Positions 19,321 through 27,454 of a stretch of DNA of 64,000 bases are shown in pieces; the stretch's first letter is position 1, and each line of letters opens with the position of its first letter. The notes beneath the pieces were generated by a model. It was not told the origin of the DNA, searched no databases, and saw only the letters and a list, made by a program, of their open reading frames with translations. The stretch comes from Candidatus Promineofilum glycogenicum (lineage in GTDB: Bacteria; Chloroflexota; Anaerolineae; Promineifilales; Promineifilaceae): assembly GCA_016707605.1 (NCBI GenBank), contig JADJHJ010000010.1:176556-240555 (forward strand), given 5' to 3'. A program made the translations under genes and the position numbers.

Positions 19321-21120
19321 ATGATCACCAAGCAGCGCACCTGGGGCCAGTTCGCCACACCGACCGACGTGGCCGATCTGCTGCTGGGCTTCTGCCTGCG
19401 CCGGCCGGCCGACCGGCTGCTGGATCCCAGTTGCGGCGACGGCGCGCTGTTGCGGCGGGCGGCGCGCTGGCAGTCGTGGCTCTCCGCCTCGGCCGCCGCC
19501 CCACCACGCGATACGCTCTTCGGCGTCGAACTCGACGGCGAGTCGGCCGCCCGCGCCGCCGCCATCGCCGGGACGACGATTGTGCCGGCCAACTTCTTCG
19601 CCCTGGCTCCGGCGGCATCGCCCGCCCTGCCCGCCAACTGGCCGCCGGCCGGCTTCGACGCCCTCGTCGGCAACCCGCCCTACACCCGCGCCGAGTGGAT
19701 CGGCCGCCTGGGCGACGCCGCCCAACTGCCTCTCTTCGCCGCCGACCCGCCCGACGCGCCCGCCCCCGCCCGCGCCGTCCCGCCCGACCTGGCCGCCGCG
19801 CTCAGCGGTCGCGCCGGGCTGCACGCCTACTTCCTGCTCCACAGCCTGCCCTTCCTGCGCGACCGCGGCCGGCTGGGCTTCGTCATGCCCAACGGCTGGC
19901 TCGACGTGGCCTATGGCGCGGCCCTCAAGCGCTTCCTGCTCGACCACTTTCGCGTCGTGGCCGTCATCGAGTCGGCCGTCGAGCGCTGGTTCGCCGCCGC
20001 CGGCGTCAACACCTGCCTGCTCATCCTGGAGCGGGCCGACGACGCCGCGGCGCGGGCGGCTAACCGCGTCCGCTTCGCCCGCCTGACCCGCCCGCTGCGC
20101 GACCTGCTGGGCGGTGCGGCCGACGACGCCCGGCGCGTGGTGGCCGTGGAGCAACTGGTCGGCCGCCTGCTGCCCGGCGACGACCGGCCGGGCGGCGACG
20201 TGGCCGTGCGCGTGCGCCGCCAGGGCGACCTCGACCCCGCCGCGCGCTGGGGCGAACTACTGCGCGCCCCGGCCGTGGCCCTGCGCCCGTCGGCCCCGTC
20301 CACCGCGCCTCTTGGCCGCTGGGCCGTCGTCCAGCGCGGCCACACCACCGGGGCCAACGACTTCTTCTACCTCGACGCCGCCCACGTCGCCCAGTGGGGC
20401 ATCGAACCGGAGTTCCGCCGGCCGCTGCTGAAGTCGCTGCGCGGCGTGGCCCGCCTCCATCTGAGCGCCGCCGACACCGACCACGAGCTGCTGGCCATCC
20501 CCGCCGAGGCCCGGCTGGCGGGCACGGCCGCCGCGGCCTACGTCGCCTGGGGCGAGGGGCGCGGCCTGCACCGCCGGGCGACCTGCGCCGCGCGCCGGCC
20601 GTGGTACTGCCTCCACGCCCAGCCCGACGGCCAACTGCTGCTGGCCAAGGGCGTCTGGCAGCGCCACTTCGCCCCCCTGGCCGATGGGCCGGTGGCCGTC
20701 GATCAGCAGATCTACCGCCTGCGGATGGACACGGCGCTGCTGCCCGTGGCCGCGGCGCTGCTCAATAGCGCCTGGTTCGCCTTGCAGTGCGAGTTGCGCG
20801 GGCGGGTGAACCTCGGCGAGGGGGTGCTGTGGCTGGCGACCTACGAACTGGCCGCCATTCCCCTGCCCGATCCGACGATCCTCGACGCCGGGCAGAGGGC
20901 AGCGCTGGCCGCGGCCCACGCCCACCTGAGCGCGCGCCCCATCGCCCCCACCTCGGCCGGCGACCTGGCCCAACCGGAGCGGCTGGCGCTCGATGAACTC
21001 GTCTTTGACCTGGTTGGTCTGTCAGCCGCCGAGCGCCGCGCCGCCCGCGAGGCGCTGCTGGCCTGCCTCGACGGCCGCTGCCGCCGCGCCACCCAGCTTG
21101 CCCCGGAGAACGGTGCGTGA
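19321..21120 (+). CDS. Gamma-class amino-DNA methyltransferase (N6-adenine or N4-cytosine; Eco57I/TaqI-like MTase domain plus C-terminal target-recognition-like half)
   Basis: Motif X-like 'WGQFATPTDVADLL', motif I 'LDPSCGDGALL' and motif IV 'GNPPYTR' (NPPY). 599 aa with no nuclease motif seen. Confidence 0.8.
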   Translation: MITKQRTWGQFATPTDVADLLLGFCLRRPADRLLDPSCGDGALLRRAARWQSWLSASAAAPPRDTLFGVELDGESAARAAAIAGTTIVPANFFALAPAASPALPANWPPAGFDALVGNPPYTRAEWIGRLGDAAQLPLFAADPPDAPAPARAVPPDLAAALSGRAGLHAYFLLHSLPFLRDRGRLGFVMPNGWLDVAYGAALKRFLLDHFRVVAVIESAVERWFAAAGVNTCLLILERADDAAARAANRVRFARLTRPLRDLLGGAADDARRVVAVEQLVGRLLPGDDRPGGDVAVRVRRQGDLDPAARWGELLRAPAVALRPSAPSTAPLGRWAVVQRGHTTGANDFFYLDAAHVAQWGIEPEFRRPLLKSLRGVARLHLSAADTDHELLAIPAEARLAGTAAAAYVAWGEGRGLHRRATCAARRPWYCLHAQPDGQLLLAKGVWQRHFAPLADGPVAVDQQIYRLRMDTALLPVAAALLNSAWFALQCELRGRVNLGEGVLWLATYELAAIPLPDPTILDAGQRAALAAAHAHLSARPIAPTSAGDLAQPERLALDELVFDLVGLSAAERRAAREALLACLDGRCRRATQLAPENGA

Positions 21121-21806
21121 GCGACGACGCTCGCCGCGCCCAGTACGCCGCCGTCTTTGACCTGCTGGCCGAGGTCTACGGCCGTCCCGTCTGGCGCTCC
21201 CACGGCCCGCCGCTCGACGAACTGATCTACACCATCCTGTCGCAGGCCACGGCCGACGTCAACACCGCCCGCGCCTACGCCGAACTGACCGCCCGCTTCC
21301 CCGACTGGCCGAGCGTCATGAACGCCCCGCCGCAAGCGGTCAGCGCCGCCATCCGCTCCGCCGGCCTGTCGAACATCAAGGGGCCGCGCATCCAGAACGC
21401 GCTGCGCCACGTTCTGCACGAGCGGGGAGAGCTGTCGCTCGACTTCCTGGCCGACCTGCCGCTGGACGAGGCGCAGGCCTGGCTGACGGCTATCGAAGGG
21501 GTGGGGCCGAAGACGGCGGCCATCGTCCTGCTTTTCTCGCTCGGCCGCCCCACTTTCCCGGTCGATACCCACGTCCACCGCGTCAGCCTGCGCCTGGGCC
21601 TGCTCCCGCCGCGCACCAACGCCGTCAAGGCCCACACCCTGCTGGCCGCCCTCGGCCCGCCGGAGACGTACTACGCCATGCACATCAACCTCATCCGCCA
21701 CGGCCGCGAACTCTGCCGCGCCCGCGCCCCGCTGTGCCACATCTGCCCGTTGCAAGACCACTGTGACTATTACCGATCCACCGCCGTCCGTGCCGCGGAT
21801 GCTTAG
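21117..21806 (+). CDS. nth: Endonuclease III-like HhH-GPD DNA glycosylase with C-terminal [4Fe-4S] cluster loop
   Basis: HhH 'GVGPKTAAIVLL' and 'PVDTHVHRV'. C-terminal C-X6-C-X2-C-X5-C (CRARAPLCHICPLQDHC). The GTG start overlaps the MTase stop (GTGA). Confidence 0.85.
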   Translation: MSDDARRAQYAAVFDLLAEVYGRPVWRSHGPPLDELIYTILSQATADVNTARAYAELTARFPDWPSVMNAPPQAVSAAIRSAGLSNIKGPRIQNALRHVLHERGELSLDFLADLPLDEAQAWLTAIEGVGPKTAAIVLLFSLGRPTFPVDTHVHRVSLRLGLLPPRTNAVKAHTLLAALGPPETYYAMHINLIRHGRELCRARAPLCHICPLQDHCDYYRSTAVRAADA

Positions 21807-21885
21807 GTTCCAGGTTCCGGGGGCCAGGTTCCAGGGGAAGACGTGTCTTCCCCTGGAACCTGGCCCCTGGAACCTTCTTTAGCGT
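21807..21885. repeat. 'ccagg' family palindromic element
   Basis: ggttccaggttccgggggccaggttccaggggaagacgtgtcttcccctggaacctggcccctggaacc. Confidence 0.7.
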
Positions 21886-21918
21886 CTTCGCGCCGAATCC
21901 TCTACAATAAACCCGCAC

Positions 21919-22566
21919 ATGGCCGCCACACGCACACGCACGAACGACGAGTGGGTCGAAGACCTGCGCCAATCCGGCCCGCGCCGCGAGGCCGCGCTCG
22001 ACGATCTGCGCCAGGTATTGGCCAACGGCCTGCGGCGCGGTCTCGTCGGCCAGGTGGACACCAACGCCCCCGAGTTCGATACCCTGGTCGATGACTTCGT
22101 GCAGGAGACGCTGCTGAAGGTGCTCGACAACCTCGGCTCCTTTGCCGGGCGCAGCCTCTTCACCACCTGGGCTAACAAAATCGCCCTCAACATCGGCCTG
22201 ACCGAGTTGCGGCGCAAGCGCTGGCGCGACAGCTCGCTCGACCAGTTGACCCAGACCGACGACGGCGAATTTACCCCGTCGTTTGTGGCCGACCTGTCGC
22301 CGCGGCCGGAGGCGCTGACCGAGCGGCGCGAACTGCTGGCCTACGTCAGCCGGCTCATCGGCGAGGAGTTGACCGAGAAGCAGCGCACCGCCCTCGTCGC
22401 CGCCGTCATTCAGGGCAAGCCGCTCAGCGAGGTGGCCCACATGATGGACTCTAACCAGAACGCCATCTACAAGCTGCTGTTCGACGCGCGGCAGCGCCTG
22501 CGGCGGCGCATGGCTGAAGATGGGTTGACGCCGGAGGATGTGCTGTCGTCGTTCGTCGATAACTAA
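21919..22566 (+). CDS. ECF-type sigma-70 family RNA polymerase sigma factor
   Basis: Region 2 (FVQETLLKVLDNLGSF...TTWANKIALN) and region 4 HTH (LSEVAHMMDSNQNAIYKLLFDARQRLRRRM). Confidence 0.85.
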   Translation: MAATRTRTNDEWVEDLRQSGPRREAALDDLRQVLANGLRRGLVGQVDTNAPEFDTLVDDFVQETLLKVLDNLGSFAGRSLFTTWANKIALNIGLTELRRKRWRDSSLDQLTQTDDGEFTPSFVADLSPRPEALTERRELLAYVSRLIGEELTEKQRTALVAAVIQGKPLSEVAHMMDSNQNAIYKLLFDARQRLRRRMAEDGLTPEDVLSSFVDN

Positions 22567-22569
22567 CCC

Positions 22570-22712
22570 ATGCGTCGCACCTTCTTCTCTCCCGGTGCAT
22601 CGCACTTTCTGAAGTGCGTTGCACCTTCTTGAGGGGTTCGCAAGGAAAGGGCGACACACTTAAGAAAGTGCCAGGCACTCGGGAAAGTGCCAGGCACTGA
22701 GAGCGGTAAGAA
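22570..22712. repeat. 'tgcgtcgcac' family palindromic element plus direct repeat aaagtgccaggcact x2
   Basis: tgcgtcgcaccttc...gtgcatcgcactttc...gtgcgttgcacc; the same family fills 29780-29960 and 46951-47340. Confidence 0.6.
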
Positions 22713-22742
22713 AGATTGGCAAGGATGCGTCAGAGAGGCAGA

Positions 22743-23054
22743 ATGTCAAGCGTGATCGACACTATACGACGGCTCCTGGAGCGCCCCGCCCAGTCTGAGC
22801 CTGGCGTCGTCGTCCCCCTCGACGACCCATCGATCGACCGTCTCCTGCACCTGCTTTGCGACACCCGCGACGATGAGCTGTCGTGTGATGAGGTGTTCAT
22901 CCGCCTGGACGAGTACGTGGACTGCCTGATCAGCCACGGCCAGGTAGTGGAGTCCCAACCCCTCATCGAGCACCACCTGGGCCTGTGCGCCGATTGCCGC
23001 GACGAGTTGCGCGCCCTGCAACGAGCGTTGGCCCGGGCCGCGGCCGACGACTGA
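22743..23054 (+). CDS. Putative zinc-finger (zf-HC2/ZAS-like) anti-sigma factor
   Basis: HHLGLCADC (HxxxCxxC) motif, small size, immediately downstream of the ECF sigma gene. ATG 22743 is preferred over the listed TTG 22716. Confidence 0.55.
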   Translation: MSSVIDTIRRLLERPAQSEPGVVVPLDDPSIDRLLHLLCDTRDDELSCDEVFIRLDEYVDCLISHGQVVESQPLIEHHLGLCADCRDELRALQRALARAAADD

Positions 23055-23123
23055 GACCCATCCCGGCCCACTCGCGCCGCCCTCTCCCCGGCGGTGGCGC
23101 GACCATCGAACACAGGAGCGAGC

Positions 23124-23408
23124 ATGATTCAAGCCATCTGGAACGGCGTCGTTCTGGCCCAGAGCGACCACACCGAAATCGTCGAGGGCAACCACTACTT
23201 TCCCCCTGAGTCCATCAGCCGCGACTACTTCCGCGACAGCGACCGCCATACCACCTGCCCGTGGAAGGGCGTCGCCAGCTACTACGACGTTGTCGTGGAC
23301 GGCCAGGAAGTCCGCAATGCCGCCTGGTACTACCCCGACCCCAAGCCGGCGGCCCACAACATTCGCAACCACGTCGCTTTCTATCGCATGGTTCAAATCA
23401 TCAAGTGA
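23124..23408 (+). CDS. DUF427-domain protein
   Basis: MIQAIWNGVVLAQSD...VEGNHYFP is the characteristic DUF427 N-terminus; AGGAG RBS before ATG 23124. Confidence 0.7.
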   Translation: MIQAIWNGVVLAQSDHTEIVEGNHYFPPESISRDYFRDSDRHTTCPWKGVASYYDVVVDGQEVRNAAWYYPDPKPAAHNIRNHVAFYRMVQIIK

Positions 23409-23412
23409 TATT

Positions 23413-24408
23413 ATGTTACTCGCAGGCGACATCGGCGGAACCAAAACTGTCCTAGCGCTCTTCGACGCCCAGGAGAGCGACGCGCTCATCGACCGCCACC
23501 CGGTGTTGGAGCGCACCTTCCCCAGCCAGCAGTACCACTCGCTGGAACTGATCATCGAGGAGTTTCTGGCCGAGTGCCCCCACCACGTTTCGGCCGGCAG
23601 CTTCGGCGTGGCCGGGCCGGTGGTCGGCGGGCGGGCGCAGGTGACCAACCTGCCCTGGGTCATCGAGGCCGACGACTTGGCCGCGCGCTTCGGCTTCGGC
23701 GTCCATCTGCTCAACGACCTGGAAGCCTTGGCCACGGCTGTGCCCCATCTGGAGCGCACCGACCTGGTGACGCTCAACGAAGGGGAGGTGGTGGAGCATG
23801 GGGCCATCGGCGTCATCGCCCCCGGTACGGGGCTGGGCGAGGGGTTCCTCGTCTGGCACGCCAGGGGCTACGTCTCCTACCCGTCGGAGGGCGGCCACTG
23901 CGCCTTCGGGCCGACGACGCCGCTGCAACTGGAGATGCTCAACTACTGGCTGCCGCGCATGGGCCACGTCAGCTATGAGCGCCTCTGCTCCGGCATCGGC
24001 ATCCCCAACGTCTACTCCTTCCTGCGCCAGACGGGCCGCTTCGAGGAGCCGCAATGGCTGCGCGACGCGCTGGCCGAGGCGGCCGACCTGACGCCGGTCA
24101 TCGTCCGCGCCGCCGTCAGCCGCGAGGCCGACATCTGCGTGGCCACGCTGGAGCTGTTCATGGAGATTCTGGGCGACCAGGCGGGCAATCTGGCTCTGAC
24201 GGTGCTGGCCACGGGCGGCATGTACCTCGGCGGCGGCATCCCCGGCCGCATCCTGCCCCAGTTGCAGCAAGGGCCGTTCATGAAGTTCTTCCGCGACAAG
24301 GGGCGCTTCAGCGAGATGATGGGCCGCATCCCCGTCCACGTCATCTACAACCCCAAGGCCGCCCTCTACGGCACGGCCTACGACGCCCTGTCCCTCTCGC
24401 CTGCTTGA
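23413..24408 (+). CDS. glk: Glucokinase (Glk family)
   Basis: MLLAGDIGGTKT..., GTGLGEGFL, PSEGGHCAFGP and GNLALTVLATGGMYLGGGI align with E. coli Glk along its length. Confidence 0.9.
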   Translation: MLLAGDIGGTKTVLALFDAQESDALIDRHPVLERTFPSQQYHSLELIIEEFLAECPHHVSAGSFGVAGPVVGGRAQVTNLPWVIEADDLAARFGFGVHLLNDLEALATAVPHLERTDLVTLNEGEVVEHGAIGVIAPGTGLGEGFLVWHARGYVSYPSEGGHCAFGPTTPLQLEMLNYWLPRMGHVSYERLCSGIGIPNVYSFLRQTGRFEEPQWLRDALAEAADLTPVIVRAAVSREADICVATLELFMEILGDQAGNLALTVLATGGMYLGGGIPGRILPQLQQGPFMKFFRDKGRFSEMMGRIPVHVIYNPKAALYGTAYDALSLSPA

Positions 24409-24411
24409 GAG

Positions 24412-24592
24412 GTGTAATCCGCAGATTAGGCAGATTTGGGCAGATTTAAGAACCTCACGCAAAGATCGCTAAGAACGCAAAGAACGCAAAGAACGCAAAG
24501 AGAAAATCTTCTTGGCGTTCTTTGCGTCCTTAGCGATCTTTGCGTGAGGTCTTCTTCTGAATCTGCCTAATCTGCCCAATCTGCGGATAAAC
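24412..24592. repeat. Nested composite palindromic element (cagatt arms flanking a gcaaag core)
   Basis: gcagattaggcagatttgggcagatt...TCACGCAAAGATCGCTAAGAACGCAAAG...CTTTGCGTGA...aatctgcctaatctgcccaatctgc; ~180-bp inverted repeat filling the glk-pgl spacer. Confidence 0.8.
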
Positions 24593-24595
24593 TAT

Positions 24596-25330
24596 TTGCA
24601 AATGAGTAACTCAACGATTCATATTGTGGAAGACGTGGCCAAGGCCGGGGCGGAGTACGTCGTCGCCGGGCTGCGGGCGGCGCTGGACGCGGCCGACACG
24701 GCCAGCCTCGTCCTGGCCGGCGGTAGCACGCCGCTGGCCCTCTACGCCCGGCTGGCCGAAGCCGACCTGCCCTGGGAGCGCGTCCACCTCTTCTGGGGCG
24801 ACGAGCGCCTCGTGCCACCCGACGACCCCGGCTCTAACTACGCCGCGGCCCACGATGCCCTGCTGCGCCACCTCGATCTGCCGGAGGCCAACGTCCACCG
24901 CGTCAAAGGCGAACTGGAGCCGGCGTCGGCCGTGGCCGACTACGCCGAGCAACTGCGCGCCTTCGCCATGCAGCACGACCCCGGCTGCCCCTCCCCCTGG
25001 CCGCGCTTCGACGTGGCCCTGCTGGGGCTGGGCGAAGACGGCCACACCGCCTCGCTCTTCCCCGGTTCGCCGGCGACCTGCGTTGTGCCGGTGCAGGCGG
25101 TCGAGGCGGAGTACGACGGCCGCCCCGCCCAGCGCGTCACCCTGACGCCCATCGTCTTCAACCACGCCCGGCGCGTGGCCTTCGTCGTCACCGGAGCCAA
25201 CAAGGCCGCCGCCGTCGCCGCCGCCCTCGGCCCAGAGCGCGACCCCGACCAATACCCCGCCCAGCGTATTGAGCCGGAGGAGGGGGAGGTGGTCTGGTTC
25301 TTGGACCCGGCCGCGGCGCCTAACGAGTAA
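24596..25330 (+). CDS. pgl: 6-phosphogluconolactonase
   Basis: LVLAGGSTPLALY..., VHLFWGDERLVPPDDPGSNY and GLGEDGHTASLFPGSP are Pgl hallmarks. Confidence 0.85.
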   Translation: MQMSNSTIHIVEDVAKAGAEYVVAGLRAALDAADTASLVLAGGSTPLALYARLAEADLPWERVHLFWGDERLVPPDDPGSNYAAAHDALLRHLDLPEANVHRVKGELEPASAVADYAEQLRAFAMQHDPGCPSPWPRFDVALLGLGEDGHTASLFPGSPATCVVPVQAVEAEYDGRPAQRVTLTPIVFNHARRVAFVVTGANKAAAVAAALGPERDPDQYPAQRIEPEEGEVVWFLDPAAAPNE

Positions 25331-25388
25331 AATCTCAACTCGGCTGTGCTATAATTGGTCCCAATCGCCCGAACAGGGAGGTAATGGT

Positions 25389-25616
25389 ATGGCTGTAGCG
25401 ACAATCGAGATAGAAGTCGAGGAGCGCGCCGCGCAGGTCTATAATAGTGCTTCGCCAGATGCCCAGGAGAAGCTACGCGCCCTGTTAAGCGTCTGGCTGA
25501 TCGAGTTCGCCGAAGCGACGCCCAACCTGGGTGTGCTGATGGATCAGATAAGTGACAGCGCCGCGGCCCGGGGCCTGATGCCCGACATCCTGGAGTCGCT
25601 GCTCGATGGCGAGTGA
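25389..25616 (+). CDS. Putative type II antitoxin (75 aa)
   Basis: GGGAGG RBS before ATG 25389. Small acidic protein overlapping by 11 nt with the downstream PIN-like ORF. Confidence 0.4.
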   Translation: MAVATIEIEVEERAAQVYNSASPDAQEKLRALLSVWLIEFAEATPNLGVLMDQISDSAAARGLMPDILESLLDGE

Positions 25617-25800
25617 ACGGCGCTTCGTCTTCGATACGAATTCGATTGTTAGTGCCTTGCTCCTTAGGCAATCCGTATCTCGTCAGGCGTTTGACCATGC
25701 GCGTGGTCAGGGGATCTTGCTCGTTTCACTGGATACGCTGGCCGAACTATCCGACGTTCTTCGTAGACCTCGATTTGCCAGGTACGTAACCGAACAGGAG
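25606..25800 (+). pseudogene. PIN-domain (VapC-like) toxin, N-terminal half only; truncated by a palindromic element
   Basis: RFVFDTNSIVSALL...LVSLDTLAELSDVLRRPRF matches the first ~65 aa of PIN toxins. The ORF then runs straight into gcaaag/cagatt repeat sequence (translating as NQRNKRQTQSSELGVLCDFA). Confidence 0.5.
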
Positions 25801-25941
25801 GACAATCAACGCAACAAACGCCAGACTCAAAGCTCTGAGCTTGGCGTGCTTTGCGACTTTGCGTGATGTTCTTTCTTTGCGCTGTTGGCGATCTTTGCGT
25901 GAGGTCTTCTTCTGAAATCTGCCCAATCTGCCTAATCTGCG
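25800..25941. repeat. Composite palindromic element (gcaaag core plus cagatt arm)
   Basis: gcttggcgtgctttgcgactttgcgtga...atctgcccaatctgcctaatctgcggat. Confidence 0.7.
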
Positions 25942-25943
25942 GA

Positions 25944-27263
25944 TCAATCCTCTTCATCCCCAACCAGACGCCGGGCGACAACGAGGCCACCCAAGAGCAG
26001 CACCGCCAAGCCGACGACGATACCGGCGTAGGCGTAGTCATAGCGGCGCGGATTGCCGCCCATGACCACCGGCCAGCGGTTCTCGTTGGCGAAGCCGGGG
26101 AAGAAGGCCGCGCCGGGGGCCAGCGACAGGGCGTACTCCTCTTCGTCTACTGTCACCCACAGCATCGGCGCGTCGTAGCGGACGGTGATTAGGCGCATCC
26201 GCCCGTCGGTAAAGACGCCCGGCACGAGCAGTTCCGGCTTCTGGCCGTTCTCGCCCCCGGCGGGTGTGCGCAGGCGGATGATGAGTGCGTCCTTCTCCTG
26301 CCCCAGCGTTACGTTACGCCGTTCGGCGTCGGCCGAGATCGAGACGATGCGCGCCGGGCCGCGCTGGGTTGGGTCGGCCGTGGCGGCGCTGACGGTAATG
26401 GCAAAGCGGTTGCCCTTGCTCACCGCGGTGGAGAAAGTATTGAAGGCCGTCTCAGTGGCCAGCCACTCCCCCGGCCCAATCGTTACTCCCTGCTCGCCTC
26501 GTGGGGTGGCTGGCCCCTCGCGCCAGGTAAGCGGCGGCAGATTTACTTCCGGCGCGTACACGAACTCGAATGGCGCTTCACCGGTGAATTGATACTCACC
26601 ACTTGCATGGTAGCTATCTAGAGGCCAGGTGAACCCTATCCATTTGACCTGCCCACTCCACTGCCGCCGCCCCACCGCCTCGTTGCCGACGACAAGCGGG
26701 AACGATGTATCCCAGTTGCTCAGGCGGACGCTGCGATAGAGATAGACGGTCAACGACGCGGCCAGTATCGCGTAGACGTTCAACCCCAGTAGTAGGTTGA
26801 GCGGCGTGACGTAGCGGCGCAGAGCGCGGCCGACGCCCATCGCCCAGGCGCGGTAGAGCCAGACTCCCAGCAGCGCCCCCAGCCCATTGGCCACCACGTC
26901 GGCCACCGACGGCGCGCGCGCCGGCAAAAACAACTGCGCCGTTTCCAGCACTAGCGACAGAAGAAGAAGAGAACCACAGATTACGCAGATTTCACAGATT
27001 TTCTCTTCTAATCTGTGAAATCTGTGTAATCTGTGGTTTCTTACCAATCCGGCCAGGCCGAAGCCGAGGGGGACGAACAGCAGCACGTTGAGCGGCACGT
27101 CGCGCAGCGTCAGCGGGCCGAGCGACAGGCGCTCCCAGGGCAAGCGGCCGTCCCACACGAAATCGAACGGCGTCAGTCGCAGCCACAAATTCAGCGCCAG
27201 CGCGCCCAGCGTGATCAGGCCCAACCACAGGCCCGGCTTTCTCAGGGACATCAGTAGACTCAA
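25944..27263 (-). CDS. VanZ-like family membrane protein with in-frame palindromic-element insertion
   Basis: Multiple TM helices; 'ETAQLFLPARAPSVADVVANGLGALLGVW' is the VanZ-like core. Residues ...NHRLHRFHRLEEKICEICVICGSLLL... are encoded by the cagatt-family element at 26966-27040. Confidence 0.55.
   Translation of the reverse strand: MSLLMSLRKPGLWLGLITLGALALNLWLRLTPFDFVWDGRLPWERLSLGPLTLRDVPLNVLLFVPLGFGLAGLVRNHRLHRFHRLEEKICEICVICGSLLLLSLVLETAQLFLPARAPSVADVVANGLGALLGVWLYRAWAMGVGRALRRYVTPLNLLLGLNVYAILAASLTVYLYRSVRLSNWDTSFPLVVGNEAVGRRQWSGQVKWIGFTWPLDSYHASGEYQFTGEAPFEFVYAPEVNLPPLTWREGPATPRGEQGVTIGPGEWLATETAFNTFSTAVSKGNRFAITVSAATADPTQRGPARIVSISADAERRNVTLGQEKDALIIRLRTPAGGENGQKPELLVPGVFTDGRMRLITVRYDAPMLWVTVDEEEYALSLAPGAAFFPGFANENRWPVVMGGNPRRYDYAYAGIVVGLAVLLLGGLVVARRLVGDEED
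26966..27040. repeat. Intragenic, in-frame 'cagatt' family palindromic element
   Basis: ccacagattacgcagatttcacagatt-ttctcttct-aatctgtgaaatctgtgtaatctgtgg inside the VanZ-like ORF. Confidence 0.75.
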
Positions 27264-27284
27264 GACAAGAGATATATCATCCGC

Positions 27285-27452
27285 AGATTGGGCAGATTCG
27301 GCAGATTGTAAGAGGAAAGAATCTCACGTAAAGATCGCTAAGGACGCCAGGTACGCCCATAAGATTTCTTCTTTGCGCGCTTGGCGTTCTTAGCGATCTT
27401 TGCGTGAGGCTCTTCTCTCTGAAAATCTGCTAAATCTGCCCAATCTGCGGAT
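27285..27452. repeat. Composite palindromic element (cagatt arms plus gcaaag core)
   Basis: ccgcagattgggcagattcggcagatt...tcacgtaaagatcgctaaggacgcc...cttagcgatctttgcgtga...aatctgctaaatctgcccaatctgcgg. Confidence 0.75.
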
Positions 27453-27454
27453 CA

